Below are positions 9,508 to 18,350 of a DNA stretch of 32,253 nucleotides, in pieces. Positions within the stretch are counted from its first letter, which is position 1. Each line of letters starts with the position of its first letter. The stretch is from IMG/VR virus record IMGVR_UViG_2558860288_000008, positions 1 to 32,253 of that record; one strand, given 5' to 3'. This DNA is from a virus (taxonomy: Duplodnaviria; Heunggongvirae; Uroviricota; Caudoviricetes). The notes beneath the pieces were generated by a model. It saw only the letters and a program-made list of their open reading frames with translations. It was not told the DNA's origin and searched no databases. A program made the translations under genes and the position numbers.

Positions 9508-11517
9508 TTACACCTGCGCAACGTTATACCATGTGCCATTGATGTATTTTTGTATCGGCCTGAAGATGGCTTCATCATCGCCATCTACTTCACCAATGAT
9601 TCTTAATCCGGTAATCGTGTGTCCGGCTTTTTCATAACGACCACCTCGCGCCATCAATTGAACAACTCGCGTACCCAGGCGAACATCTTTCACATAGCGG
9701 GAATCAAAATTTCCCCAGTTGCTGGGTTGCATCTGACCGTTAACAGCAAATATTACCGAGTTATCTGTATTTCGCTGGCTATAGAAATGCCATCCGGCCT
9801 CATCGCCTAACTCTGCAACCACTGGACGGGTGGAAGCACCCCATAAATTAAAGGTAATATTCTTCGTGGATGTATTAGAGCTGGATAGCGAGAACTTTTT
9901 ACTATCACCTGCCTGAATATTTTTAAAAGCAATAGCCACTCCATTCTGAAAACGGAATACACGCTGACTGTTAGCATAAACATCAAGAATACCGTCTCCA
10001 TTCTGTTTAAATCCGGTATCATTATCACCAAGAACAATAGAGCTACCACCTAGTGCATTCGTCGTACCAACTCCAAAACAGCCATTAATGACGGCATTAA
10101 CAAGAATATTTAGTGCATCCCATTTCAACGTCATCAGGTCTTTTGTTGTGGTACTCTGGCGGCTTCTCCATTTGAAATATTCATTGCCGTTATCCCCCGT
10201 TTCAAACCACATGTATGAATCAGTGTCACCATCGGCATCATTTTTAAATCCAATCTTCGCCCAGTCAGTATTTCGAATCCAGGCAAGGATTGAGTCGTTT
10301 TCAAAAGTAAGTCCACCGGACAAGGTATCGCCATTTTTTTGCACGGCGTTCCCGGCTCGGTTTACCGTTTCCTGTAAACCGAGATATTCGATAACGGCGG
10401 CAACGGTCGATTTAGCCAGAATATCCCGCCCGACTTTTGTCAGGGTCGCCAGGCTGGCAACATCATTCCCCGTAAAATACGGAAACCTGTCTGCCGCAGT
10501 AGCAAGCCCCGCCAGCGCCGTCAGGGTAGCATCTTTCGGTTGCTTACCCGCAAGCGCATTAGTCATGGTGGTAGCAAAATTCGGGTCATTGCCCAGCGCC
10601 GCCGCCAGCTCGTTCAGCGTATTCAGTGCGTCAGGCGACGAGTCTACAAGGGCGGCAATCGCGGCCATAACGAAAGCCGTGTTTGCGATCTGAGTATTAT
10701 TCGTTCCCTGTCGCGCAGTTGGCGTCGTTGGCGTTCCGGTCAGTGCAGGGCTGTTTAATGGCGCTTTTTTGTTCGTTTCATCCATTACCGTCTTAACGGC
10801 TTTTGGTGTTGCGGCGAGCGTTTCAGACGTGCTGTTGGTGGCGCTACTAAGCTGGACAAGGCCTTTTCGCGCTGTGGTGGCGTCCTGTGCGGTATATTTC
10901 CCGTTAGCCAGGTCATACGCGGCCTTTACCGCTTTCGGCGTTGCGGCCAGTGTTTCAGACGTGCTGTTGGTCGCACTGCTTAACTGAGTAAAACCTTTTG
11001 CGGTCAGCGAGGCGTCAGGGTGACGTCGTGACTGTTCATGTTCTGCAATTTTGTCATCAACGTAATCCTGCGTCGCCATCACCGTTGTGGTGTCGATGGT
11101 CAGATCCACTGAGGCCACACTGCTGACGATAATGACCATGCGGCAGGTCTGCGAACGTCCTGAGCCTTCGGCAAGGGCTGGCTTATAACTTTCGGCCATG
11201 TTCGCCACGGCAATTAACGTTCCCGCATCATCGTACAGGCCAAGCTCACGCATCCAGAAACCGCCCACCTCCGGCGGAATAACCAGCTCTGCGATAATAT
11301 AATTACTGTTTCGTTTGTCCTGGCTGATTTTGTTCAGCGCATGTCGCCAGACTTCGTGGATAAGCCCGGTCTGTCCGGCATCCGGGACAGGCAATTTACC
11401 ACCGCCATCCCCGACGGCCATCGTGGTAATGTTGACCTTCCGCCCTCCCGGCGCGGTTGCCGCTGCCAGCTTTGCTGCACCGGCAGTGGTGATAACGGTT
11501 TTGAATTTTGTGCTCAT
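9508..11517 (-). CDS. H: Tail fibre protein H, 669 aa
   Basis: Translation MSTKFKTVITTAGAAKLAAATAPGGRKVNITTMAVGDGGG... with an internal repeated motif QLSSATNSTSETLAATPKAVK; length and position match P2 gpH. Confidence 0.9.
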   Translation of the reverse strand: MSTKFKTVITTAGAAKLAAATAPGGRKVNITTMAVGDGGGKLPVPDAGQTGLIHEVWRHALNKISQDKRNSNYIIAELVIPPEVGGFWMRELGLYDDAGTLIAVANMAESYKPALAEGSGRSQTCRMVIIVSSVASVDLTIDTTTVMATQDYVDDKIAEHEQSRRHPDASLTAKGFTQLSSATNSTSETLAATPKAVKAAYDLANGKYTAQDATTARKGLVQLSSATNSTSETLAATPKAVKTVMDETNKKAPLNSPALTGTPTTPTARQGTNNTQIANTAFVMAAIAALVDSSPDALNTLNELAAALGNDPNFATTMTNALAGKQPKDATLTALAGLATAADRFPYFTGNDVASLATLTKVGRDILAKSTVAAVIEYLGLQETVNRAGNAVQKNGDTLSGGLTFENDSILAWIRNTDWAKIGFKNDADGDTDSYMWFETGDNGNEYFKWRSRQSTTTKDLMTLKWDALNILVNAVINGCFGVGTTNALGGSSIVLGDNDTGFKQNGDGILDVYANSQRVFRFQNGVAIAFKNIQAGDSKKFSLSSSNTSTKNITFNLWGASTRPVVAELGDEAGWHFYSQRNTDNSVIFAVNGQMQPSNWGNFDSRYVKDVRLGTRVVQLMARGGRYEKAGHTITGLRIIGEVDGDDEAIFRPIQKYINGTWYNVAQV
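10798..11003. repeat. Imperfect ~75-bp direct repeat, two copies 132 bp apart, inside gene H
   Basis: The DNA block ...gttgcggcgagcgtttcagacgtgctgttggtggcgct... recurs as ...gttgcggccagtgtttcagacgtgctgttggtcgcact...; it encodes the duplicated peptide with a 44-residue period. Confidence 0.8.
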
Positions 11518-11527
11518 TATTCCTCAC

Positions 11528-12058
11528 TTATCCGGGGTAAACCGTAATTACATCGCCGTCATAAGCCACACCACCGGCAAACAGGTAGCCGGGAATGTCC
11601 CGGGTAATGTTCAGACCAATAAGGTGGCGGCTTGCAGGTTTGGCATCAGCAATCAGCCGTTCCATTTCCTGATACATTGCCTCTGTGATGCCGCTTTCCA
11701 GTACACCAATATCAAGCCGGAAGGTGCCGGGCGGGTCACTGTTTTCCCACCACTCCGTCACGTTGATGAGATAGCCGAGCGGCTCCACCACACGCCGGAT
11801 TGCACCTATTGTGCCTTTATGACAGTGGATGAAATAGGCATCGCGGATAACGGCGCGTTTTGTCGCTTCCGGCCACTTTTCATCCCACCTGTCGACCGAA
11901 AACGCCCACGCCAGCCACGGCAGCAGATTTGCCGGGCAGGTGTCCGGGTTCCACAGCTCACGAATACTGACCGGCGTTTTTTCAATTTCCGCACAGGCTT
12001 TTGCGGCGGCGACCTCAAGCGGTGATGAGCCGGTCGGCAGCAGTCGCGAATCACTCAT
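11528..12058 (-). CDS. I: Baseplate/tail protein I, 176 aa
   Basis: Translation MSDSRLLPTGSSPLEVAAAKACAEIEKTPVSIRELWNPDTCPANLLPWLAWAFSVDRWDE...; position J-I-H; overlaps the J stop. Confidence 0.9.
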   Translation of the reverse strand: MSDSRLLPTGSSPLEVAAAKACAEIEKTPVSIRELWNPDTCPANLLPWLAWAFSVDRWDEKWPEATKRAVIRDAYFIHCHKGTIGAIRRVVEPLGYLINVTEWWENSDPPGTFRLDIGVLESGITEAMYQEMERLIADAKPASRHLIGLNITRDIPGYLFAGGVAYDGDVITVYPG

Positions 12059-12959
12059 CCGAGCCTCCGGTCACGACGCGGTATTCGGTACAGAAAGACG
12101 CCTGCGTACTGTTGAGCACGATGTCGGCCAGTGGTGCAGCCAGTTCGACACGCTGCACACCTTCCACATGCAAAGCGGCATAAATGGCAGACAGACGGAT
12201 GTCGCGCCCCAGCCGGTGCTGTGCCGTGATATACGCTTCCAGCTTTTTCACAGCGGCAGCGCGGATGGGTTCGCTTTCGGGACCAGGGTAAAGGTAAAGC
12301 GTGGCGTTTATCTGGTATTCAACGATGGCGGCAGACTGCACGGTCACGCGGTCGGCCACCGGCCTGACGTCCTCGCCATTAAGGGCGTTACGCACCACAG
12401 CCAGCAGGTCTTCGGATGCGACGCCGTTATTTTCACGTGACAGCACAGAGATGGTGACACAGGCCGGAGACGGACTGGTGACAGAAATATCCGCGACACG
12501 CCCGTCAGCACTGCGACCATGATACTGATAGGCTCCCACTGACCCGGCGACGCTTAAGCCCTCAAAAGCCTGCTGAATACGCAGACGATAATCGGTGTCA
12601 GATTCCATCACTGCCGGTGTCGGCGGAATGGTCGAATCATCTGCCGGGGTGATAGTCAGGCGCGTGGTGTTGTAATTGGCACCAATCACATCAAGGTCAT
12701 TACCGGCGGCACAGGCCAGCATCACCGCCCGCGCAGCCTCATTCACACGCTGACGCCAGATAAGCTCACGATAAGCATTTTCCTCCAGCAGTTTGACGAG
12801 AGGCTCAGATTCCAGTGTCAGGGTACGGGCGACCGCCTCCTGCTGGTCTTCCGGGTAAAGGGAAATCAGTGTCGCCTTGCGTTCGGCAAGAATGGTTTCA
12901 AAGTCCAGCTCCTCGACCACATCCGGTGCGGGTAGCTGGTTCAGGTCGATAATCGGCAT
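12051..12959 (-). CDS. J: Baseplate assembly protein J, 302 aa
   Basis: Translation MPIIDLNQLPAPDVVEELDFETILAERKATLISLYPEDQQ...; length and position match P2 gpJ. Confidence 0.9.
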   Translation of the reverse strand: MPIIDLNQLPAPDVVEELDFETILAERKATLISLYPEDQQEAVARTLTLESEPLVKLLEENAYRELIWRQRVNEAARAVMLACAAGNDLDVIGANYNTTRLTITPADDSTIPPTPAVMESDTDYRLRIQQAFEGLSVAGSVGAYQYHGRSADGRVADISVTSPSPACVTISVLSRENNGVASEDLLAVVRNALNGEDVRPVADRVTVQSAAIVEYQINATLYLYPGPESEPIRAAAVKKLEAYITAQHRLGRDIRLSAIYAALHVEGVQRVELAAPLADIVLNSTQASFCTEYRVVTGGSDE

Positions 12960-12963
12960 GGTT

Positions 12964-13311
12964 TCAACTCACAGGGATGGTTAACGAAAGTGGCTGGCCG
13001 GTGTCGTTGTGCTGGCCGGTTAACGTGACCGTCATTCGCCCGTCAAAACTGCGCTCAGTGGTGACGGATGACAGGGTGACGCGGGGTTCCCATTTCAGCA
13101 CTGCCATGTAACAGGCGACCTTAATCTGCAACTCAAGCGCCGGAGTCTGCGGCTGGTCAATCATTGACGCCAGCAACGAGCCGTAATCACGACGCATCAC
13201 CCGTGAGCTGACGGGTGTGCGCAGGATATCGCCGATACTCTGGCTGATATGTTCAAGGTCAGTGACAGTCAGGCCATCACTGCGATTCATTCCGAGATAA
13301 CGCGCTGTCAT
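12964..13311 (-). CDS. W: Baseplate wedge protein W, 115 aa
   Basis: Translation MTARYLGMNRSDGLTVTDLEHISQSIGDILRTPVSSRVMRRDYGS...; length matches P2 gpW; overlaps the V stop. Confidence 0.9.
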   Translation of the reverse strand: MTARYLGMNRSDGLTVTDLEHISQSIGDILRTPVSSRVMRRDYGSLLASMIDQPQTPALELQIKVACYMAVLKWEPRVTLSSVTTERSFDGRMTVTLTGQHNDTGQPLSLTIPVS

Positions 13312-13943
13312 AGAGGACTCCCGGTTGTGCCGCCGCTGTCGCCGGGGTGTTTATGGGTATGCAGTACCTTCCCGTTTGATGAGAGTTCACCGCCGGTGTG
13401 TTCAATGTTGCCACGCATCGTCCCGCCCTTCTGTACTTCCAGCGTGCCGGTAATCAGCCTGTTGGTGCAGACCACCTCCGGTGTGTCCAGGGTGATGCGG
13501 GTTGACGCTTTCACCATGACCACCGGCACCGTGGCAGTAACAGAATCAGAAGCCGTCACGCTGGCCGTTTTAATTCCGCTTACCGTGAGTGCACTGGTTT
13601 CGGGTTCATACTCAATCACCGCCCCGTCAGGGAAACGGATATGCAGGGCATCCGCCGACGCAGACGGCGCGGGGTTATCGCCGGAATAAATCCCCGGCAG
13701 AACGAACGCCGTGTCAAGTTCACCACCCACGGCCAGAATCAGCACCTGTTCCCCCACGGAAGGTGCCCACCATGTGCGCGAACGTCCTGCGCGATGGGTC
13801 AGCCACTGAAGCCAGTCGGTGCACATGCCGCCGGTCTGCACGCGGCAGCGACCGGCGTTAAGGTCGGTTTCGACGATAATGCCGGTGCGAATCATGTTGC
13901 GCAGTGCGCGCGCGAGTTCCTGAATATTTGCGAGAGTGTTCAT
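13308..13943 (-). CDS. V: Baseplate spike/assembly protein V, 211 aa
   Basis: Translation from the internal ATG: MNTLANIQELARALRNMIRTGIIVETDLNAGRCRVQTGG...; the track ORF begins at an upstream TTG; ATG at 13941-13943 (minus). Confidence 0.9.
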   Translation of the reverse strand: MNTLANIQELARALRNMIRTGIIVETDLNAGRCRVQTGGMCTDWLQWLTHRAGRSRTWWAPSVGEQVLILAVGGELDTAFVLPGIYSGDNPAPSASADALHIRFPDGAVIEYEPETSALTVSGIKTASVTASDSVTATVPVVMVKASTRITLDTPEVVCTNRLITGTLEVQKGGTMRGNIEHTGGELSSNGKVLHTHKHPGDSGGTTGSPL

Positions 13944-14026
13944 GCATGTGAGATTGCACAATATATAAAAGTTATGCTATCTGGATTCATTTGTAGAACT
14001 ACCAGACAACATTCAAGGAGAGCGTA

Positions 14027-14812
14027 ATGGTCAGCTATAATGTGACTAATGTGTGGGGGCTAATCGTTTTTTTCCTTTGTAGCTTTGCAGTATTAGCATT
14101 TTTTAGCTTTGGTAAAAGTAACCTTATGAGGCTTATTGCACATTATTTCAATTTTGGATATTCAGACAAAAAATTAAAAAGACTTGACCGCGAGTGGCGC
14201 GACATTCAACTATTTAAAATAATTAACGGAATCAATGTATCAGGCATTGAAAATGTGAGAATGATACAGCAGGGACTGATTGATGGAAAACTAAAAACAT
14301 CGTATTTTTTCCTTACTCGCATCTGGGGTGACATAACAAAACCACCACACATAATTAAAACAATAATTGTAATTCTGGCCAGTATTTTTTACATTCTCCT
14401 CGCATGTTACATACACAACGAACAATCCGTTATAGTAAGGGATGCCATAGGCATACCATATAAAAACATGATGTACTATGTTTATAGTGACAAAGTTCTT
14501 TTATCCTTCAAAAATAAAGCAGTTGAATTTAATAAAACTTATAGCCTTGCCGATTGCAAGAGACTGCAAAACGTATTTATAAAAGACACACTTCCTGAGA
14601 TCGCCTGCAATAAGCTCTTACAGCTAAACGAGGAGGACTCCGAATGGTTAAGTCAGGAGATTAAAGATAATAACAGTCACAAAAAAGCATTATTAATACT
14701 ATCCCTCGTCTATTTCACTTCAGGTCTGGTTATATTCCTGTCATATACAAAATTCTTTTACGCCAATAAGAAGGTTTTAGAATACAAAGCATCAAATAAA
14801 AATCACTCATAA
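14027..14812 (+). CDS. AT-rich accessory gene: 261-aa predicted membrane protein (three hydrophobic helices), function unknown, at the orf30 position between S and V
   Basis: GGAG ribosome-binding site before the ATG at 14027; hydrophobic segments VWGLIVFFLCSFAVLAFFSF, IIKTIIVILASIFYILLACYI and ALLILSLVYFTSGLVIFLSY; opposite strand to the late genes; AT-rich. Confidence 0.75.
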   Translation: MVSYNVTNVWGLIVFFLCSFAVLAFFSFGKSNLMRLIAHYFNFGYSDKKLKRLDREWRDIQLFKIINGINVSGIENVRMIQQGLIDGKLKTSYFFLTRIWGDITKPPHIIKTIIVILASIFYILLACYIHNEQSVIVRDAIGIPYKNMMYYVYSDKVLLSFKNKAVEFNKTYSLADCKRLQNVFIKDTLPEIACNKLLQLNEEDSEWLSQEIKDNNSHKKALLILSLVYFTSGLVIFLSYTKFFYANKKVLEYKASNKNHS

Positions 14813-14820
14813 ACCTCTAA

Positions 14821-14851
14821 ACATTGAGCGACCAGCATGGCCGCTCAATGT
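14821..14851. terminator. Bidirectional terminator-like hairpin between the convergent membrane-protein gene and S
   Basis: Perfect 10-bp inverted repeat ACATTGAGCG ... CGCTCAATGT with an 11-nt loop, followed by T-rich sequence on both strands. Confidence 0.5.
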
Positions 14852-14883
14852 TTAATTGCGCATCAGCCTCTGCCTGGATAAAA

Positions 14884-15336
14884 CTAACGCTCAAGGTGAA
14901 CCAGGATAATCTCTTCAATCATCTGCACATCCTCACCGGTAAAGCCGAGCAGAGGACGCGCCGGATAATCAATTTTCTTACCGTCTTTCCGGTTTTCTTC
15001 CGACAGACCGAACTGATGCACACTGGCGATTTTCGGCGACTTCCCGCCGTAAAATTCCATTGATGCCTGCTCCGGGCTGGCGCGGATATGCAAAAAACGA
15101 CTGGTAATAAGTTTCGCAAACATTTTTCGCTTAACACGGCCAGTCTTTTTTCTGGCGCTCTGCTGCTGGCGTGGCGCGTAGGGTGTGCCGTCCGGGGCTT
15201 TCTGAGCCATCACCCGACGCTGCTGACTCTGCCGCAGACGTTTCGCCAGTTCGGCACTCAGTCGCCGACGCCCTGACGGTGACAGCGACTCAATCAGTCC
15301 GGTCAGCCGGTCTTCAAAACGCTTAAACTCATTCAT
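14884..15336 (-). CDS. S: Tail completion protein S, 150 aa
   Basis: Translation MNEFKRFEDRLTGLIESLSPSGRRRLSAELAKRLRQSQQRRV...; position after R; length matches P2 gpS. Confidence 0.9.
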   Translation of the reverse strand: MNEFKRFEDRLTGLIESLSPSGRRRLSAELAKRLRQSQQRRVMAQKAPDGTPYAPRQQQSARKKTGRVKRKMFAKLITSRFLHIRASPEQASMEFYGGKSPKIASVHQFGLSEENRKDGKKIDYPARPLLGFTGEDVQMIEEIILVHLER

Positions 15337-15796
15337 CCCACTTGCTCACCAGTTCGCCATTGATATAAAGCTCCATCGGGCGGGTGACCGGCTCCGGCGG
15401 CGTGGGTTCCGGGATATTCTTCACATGCAGCGCGCCGTCCACCTCACTGACCAGCGTGCGCTCGGTCAGCATCAGGCTGATGCTGATATCAAAGCTGCTG
15501 TCATTGTTGATGTCTGCATAAAACGTGAAGCCCTTTTTCTGGCCTTCGTCGGTGGTCATGATGTCGGGCTGATTTTCCCGCAGCCACGCCAGCACCGGCA
15601 CGATGAGCAGGTCAAAATCACCGGTAAAGTCGGTCACAATGACATTGAGCGTGTAACGCTTTTCGAATGACAACGACGCCGCCAGTGTGGAGGCAATACT
15701 CCCGTTATCCACGAATATCCGCAGCATATCGGGGTTAGTTTTCAGCACCGTGACGGCATCAGTCAGCGCCCTGAGCAGGCTGTCGGGTTTGAGCAT
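15329..15796 (-). CDS. R: Tail completion protein R, 155 aa
   Basis: Translation MLKPDSLLRALTDAVTVLKTNPDMLRIFVDNGSIASTLAASL...; length matches P2 gpR. Confidence 0.9.
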   Translation of the reverse strand: MLKPDSLLRALTDAVTVLKTNPDMLRIFVDNGSIASTLAASLSFEKRYTLNVIVTDFTGDFDLLIVPVLAWLRENQPDIMTTDEGQKKGFTFYADINNDSSFDISISLMLTERTLVSEVDGALHVKNIPEPTPPEPVTRPMELYINGELVSKWDE

Positions 15797-16049
15797 CGTT
15801 TTCGTCCTGACAGTGTTTAATCATTTTTACCTGGCTGGCACAGCGTGCCAGCGCGTTCTCAAGCTGCCGGATATCGGCACTTAAATCGCCGTTCGTCTCC
15901 GGGTCACTGCCCGGCATCGGGCAAAGACTCACTTTCGGGCAGGCGTTGTGGACAATCACTGGCGTCGGTGCAGGCTGGGCGCTGGTGCAACCGGCGCACA
16001 GCATCAGGCAGGTCAGCGCCGTACCAGCGGCGAAAATCTTCGTTTTCAT
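15759..16049 (-). CDS. lysC: LysC, Rz1-like outer-membrane lipoprotein spanin subunit, 96 aa, starting inside lysB in another frame
   Basis: Translation from the internal ATG (16047-16049, minus): MKTKIFAAGTALTCLMLCAGCTSAQPAPTP..., with a lipoprotein signal peptide and lipobox Cys; extends past the lysB stop and overlaps the R start, as in P2. Confidence 0.8.
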   Translation of the reverse strand: MKTKIFAAGTALTCLMLCAGCTSAQPAPTPVIVHNACPKVSLCPMPGSDPETNGDLSADIRQLENALARCASQVKMIKHCQDENDAQTRQPAQGAD

Positions 16050-16329
16050 TGAGTAACCTCGTGATGGTTTTCTCGCGCTGCGCTTCACGCTTCGCGGCGT
16101 TCTCCAGCTCCTGACGCAGTACCACCTGCGCCAGCTCGTTTTTATCTGCCCTGGTGATGGCAACATGAAGCTGATTTTTCAGCATGGTGATGGTCGTCTG
16201 CTGCCCGCTGGCGACACTGTTCGCCCTGTCCAGCGAGGTGCACAGGCTGGCGTTTTTATGCTTCGCCAGAAACAGACCCGTCACCGCCAGCGATAACAAC
16301 ACGACCAGTGCAATCATCAGCTTTGACAT
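15904..16329 (-). CDS. lysB: LysB, Rz-like inner-membrane spanin subunit, 141 aa
   Basis: Translation MSKLMIALVVLLSLAVTGLFLAKHKNASLCTSLDRANSV... (N-terminal transmembrane helix followed by a coiled-coil-like region); length matches P2 LysB. Confidence 0.85.
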   Translation of the reverse strand: MSKLMIALVVLLSLAVTGLFLAKHKNASLCTSLDRANSVASGQQTTITMLKNQLHVAITRADKNELAQVVLRQELENAAKREAQREKTITRLLNENEDFRRWYGADLPDAVRRLHQRPACTDASDCPQRLPESESLPDAGQ

Positions 16330-16742
16330 GGTTCCCGCCCCTCAAAACGCTGACGGCAGGCCGTACGTATCAGCCGGAAAAACACCGACGCCACAAGATA
16401 AATCAGCGCGGTAAAAATCCACCCGGCAGCGACCAGCGCGATAAACGTCGCCACCATCACCACCAGAGCCGCCGCCCGTCTGCGCCACGGCACCGGCTGC
16501 AAAAACAGCGCCGTGACAATCTTCACGGCCAGCGATTCCGGCGGCAGCTCCCGCCCGTAGCGTTCCAGTACATACTCTGTGGCATACACGCCGACACCAC
16601 CGGCAACCACACAGATAACCGTCGCCAGAATCGCCCAGGCGGCGACAAAATTGACGGCCACGCTCTGCGGGTAAATCAGGGACAGTGCCAGCATCAGCGC
16701 CAGCGACACGTTCAGCATCAGTGAAAGGGATAATTTCTTCAT
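16317..16742 (-). CDS. lysA: LysA, membrane protein influencing lysis timing, 141 aa
   Basis: Translation MKKLSLSLMLNVSLALMLALSLIYPQSVAVNFVAAWAILATVICVVAGG... (multiple transmembrane helices); position between K and lysB. Confidence 0.85.
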   Translation of the reverse strand: MKKLSLSLMLNVSLALMLALSLIYPQSVAVNFVAAWAILATVICVVAGGVGVYATEYVLERYGRELPPESLAVKIVTALFLQPVPWRRRAAALVVMVATFIALVAAGWIFTALIYLVASVFFRLIRTACRQRFEGREPCQS

Positions 16743-16756
16743 GGTGTTTACTCCGT

Positions 16757-17254
16757 TTAAGCCGGTACGCCGCCAGCGGTACGCCAGACGGTGACCAGTT
16801 TTTCCAGTGAATGCTCACGCTGACCGTAACCGGCACCCGGCAGGGACGCCCAGATATTGCGACAGCGTGAAATGGCGCGCTCAATGCGTCCCGCCCGGAT
16901 GTCATCCAGTGCACCGCGTTCGCGGATCAACTGAATGGCGAGTCTGTCCTGTGACAACGGACTGAAATCCGGCAGGGCAAGCTGTTTGCGGTAGTGCGGC
17001 CAGAACAGGTAAAGCTGCTGATAGCGACCGGAAGCCGTGGACTTTTCACCGCGACGGTTAAATACCTTCGCCGGTCGGCCATGCGCGAACGGGTGGTCAC
17101 TGTAGTCGGTGAAAATTTCCGGCTTCCCGTCCAGTCCGGTGACTATCACGTCATAGCCCCGGTTTTTCGTCAGCGGATGATTCGCCGTCCCTTCGGACAC
17201 GGCCAGCATGTCGAGAAAGGCGGCGATATTCTGATGCGTGTTAATTACCGGCAT
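16757..17254 (-). CDS. K: Endolysin K (lysozyme-like murein hydrolase), 165 aa
   Basis: Translation MPVINTHQNIAAFLDMLAVSEGTANHPLTKNRGYDVIVTGLDGKPEIFTDYSDHP...; position after the holin gene. Confidence 0.9.
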   Translation of the reverse strand: MPVINTHQNIAAFLDMLAVSEGTANHPLTKNRGYDVIVTGLDGKPEIFTDYSDHPFAHGRPAKVFNRRGEKSTASGRYQQLYLFWPHYRKQLALPDFSPLSQDRLAIQLIRERGALDDIRAGRIERAISRCRNIWASLPGAGYGQREHSLEKLVTVWRTAGGVPA

Positions 17255-17535
17255 TACTGTTTCCCCCTGCCCTTAAAGCGGCGCTGAATGGCAATCTCAA
17301 TCACCTGATAACCGGCGATACCCAGCATGGAGCCAATGCCGCACACCGCAGGCAGTGACAGGTCAGGAAACTGCACCAGAACAACACCGGCAACCATTGA
17401 GACAAAACCACCGAGCAACATGCGCCCGATAAACAGACGCGGGGTGATGGGTTCACCACCGGCAAGCACCTTGCCGACAACAATCAGCACCCCAATCATG
17501 AAAAGCGACAGGACGCTTTTTTCTTCTGCTGTCAT
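17254..17535 (-). CDS. Y: Holin Y, 93 aa
   Basis: Translation MTAEEKSVLSLFMIGVLIVVGKVLAGGEPITPRLFIGRMLLGGFVSMVAGVVLVQF... (small, multiple transmembrane helices, charged C-terminus). Confidence 0.9.
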   Translation of the reverse strand: MTAEEKSVLSLFMIGVLIVVGKVLAGGEPITPRLFIGRMLLGGFVSMVAGVVLVQFPDLSLPAVCGIGSMLGIAGYQVIEIAIQRRFKGRGKQ

Positions 17536-17538
17536 GCG

Positions 17539-17742
17539 TTACTCCCACAGATTGACAGTTTCAGCCACGGGCGCGGTCTGAACGTCGGGCAGTTCGACGG
17601 CGGTGCCGTGTGGCAGCACCGCACCCAGTTCAGCCAGTCCCGGATTTGCGGCGAGCACGGCCTCGACCACGCCCTCAGTGCGCCCGTAATACCGGACACA
17701 AATGGCGTCGAGCGTGTCGCCCTGTAGCGCAAAGGTCTTCAT
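17539..17742 (-). CDS. X: Tail protein X (LysM-like), 67 aa
   Basis: Translation from the internal ATG (17740-17742, minus): MKTFALQGDTLDAICVRYYGRTEGVVEAVLAANPGLAELG...; the start overlaps the L stop (ATGA). Confidence 0.85.
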   Translation of the reverse strand: MKTFALQGDTLDAICVRYYGRTEGVVEAVLAANPGLAELGAVLPHGTAVELPDVQTAPVAETVNLWE

Positions 17743-18251
17743 CAGATTTGACTCACGATGCAGCGCGGCTTGTCCTGGATGCGCGCCACTGCCCAGCGCA
17801 TATCCCGCCACAGTTCATCGATGGTGCTGTCAATGCTGTCAGCCTTCTTGTCGCCTTTCGCACTGGCATCCACACCGCGATAACGCTCATAAAGCGACGC
17901 GGTCGCCATCGCACACACGGCGCGCTCGTAGTAAAAAACTTTGATGCTTTCACCGTCGATGTCGTCCGCCGGGACGTCCGCCAGACGCGTAAAACCGGCA
18001 GCAATTTTCTGTTCGCGGTACTCGTACAGCTCCGCATTCGTTTCAGCCATGCCTGACTTGATGGCCTCACGCAGACGGGCGGGGGCGACGGTCTGCTCAA
18101 GGCGCATACGTTCCCGGACGCGCTTCGGGTCGATATCGGGAAAAAAGAACGTGTTTTTAATCACCGGCTCGTCGCCTGCCGGTTGCGGGATGACCACCGT
18201 ACCCTCACCGGACACGGGAGCCTCCTTTCGCGGAATAATCAGCGTCATCAT
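17742..18251 (-). CDS. L: Head completion protein L, 169 aa
   Basis: Translation from the internal ATG (18249-18251, minus): MMTLIIPRKEAPVSGEGTVVIPQPAGDEPVIKNTFFFPDIDPKRV... Confidence 0.9.
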   Translation of the reverse strand: MMTLIIPRKEAPVSGEGTVVIPQPAGDEPVIKNTFFFPDIDPKRVRERMRLEQTVAPARLREAIKSGMAETNAELYEYREQKIAAGFTRLADVPADDIDGESIKVFYYERAVCAMATASLYERYRGVDASAKGDKKADSIDSTIDELWRDMRWAVARIQDKPRCIVSQI

Positions 18252-18350
18252 GACTACCTCTGAAAAGTCGGGCGGTGGACGCCGGTACAGTGTCAGGTGA
18301 TTCACCCTCACTGACCGGCGTGCCGCCCTGGCGCGGGGCGCATTCGGTTG

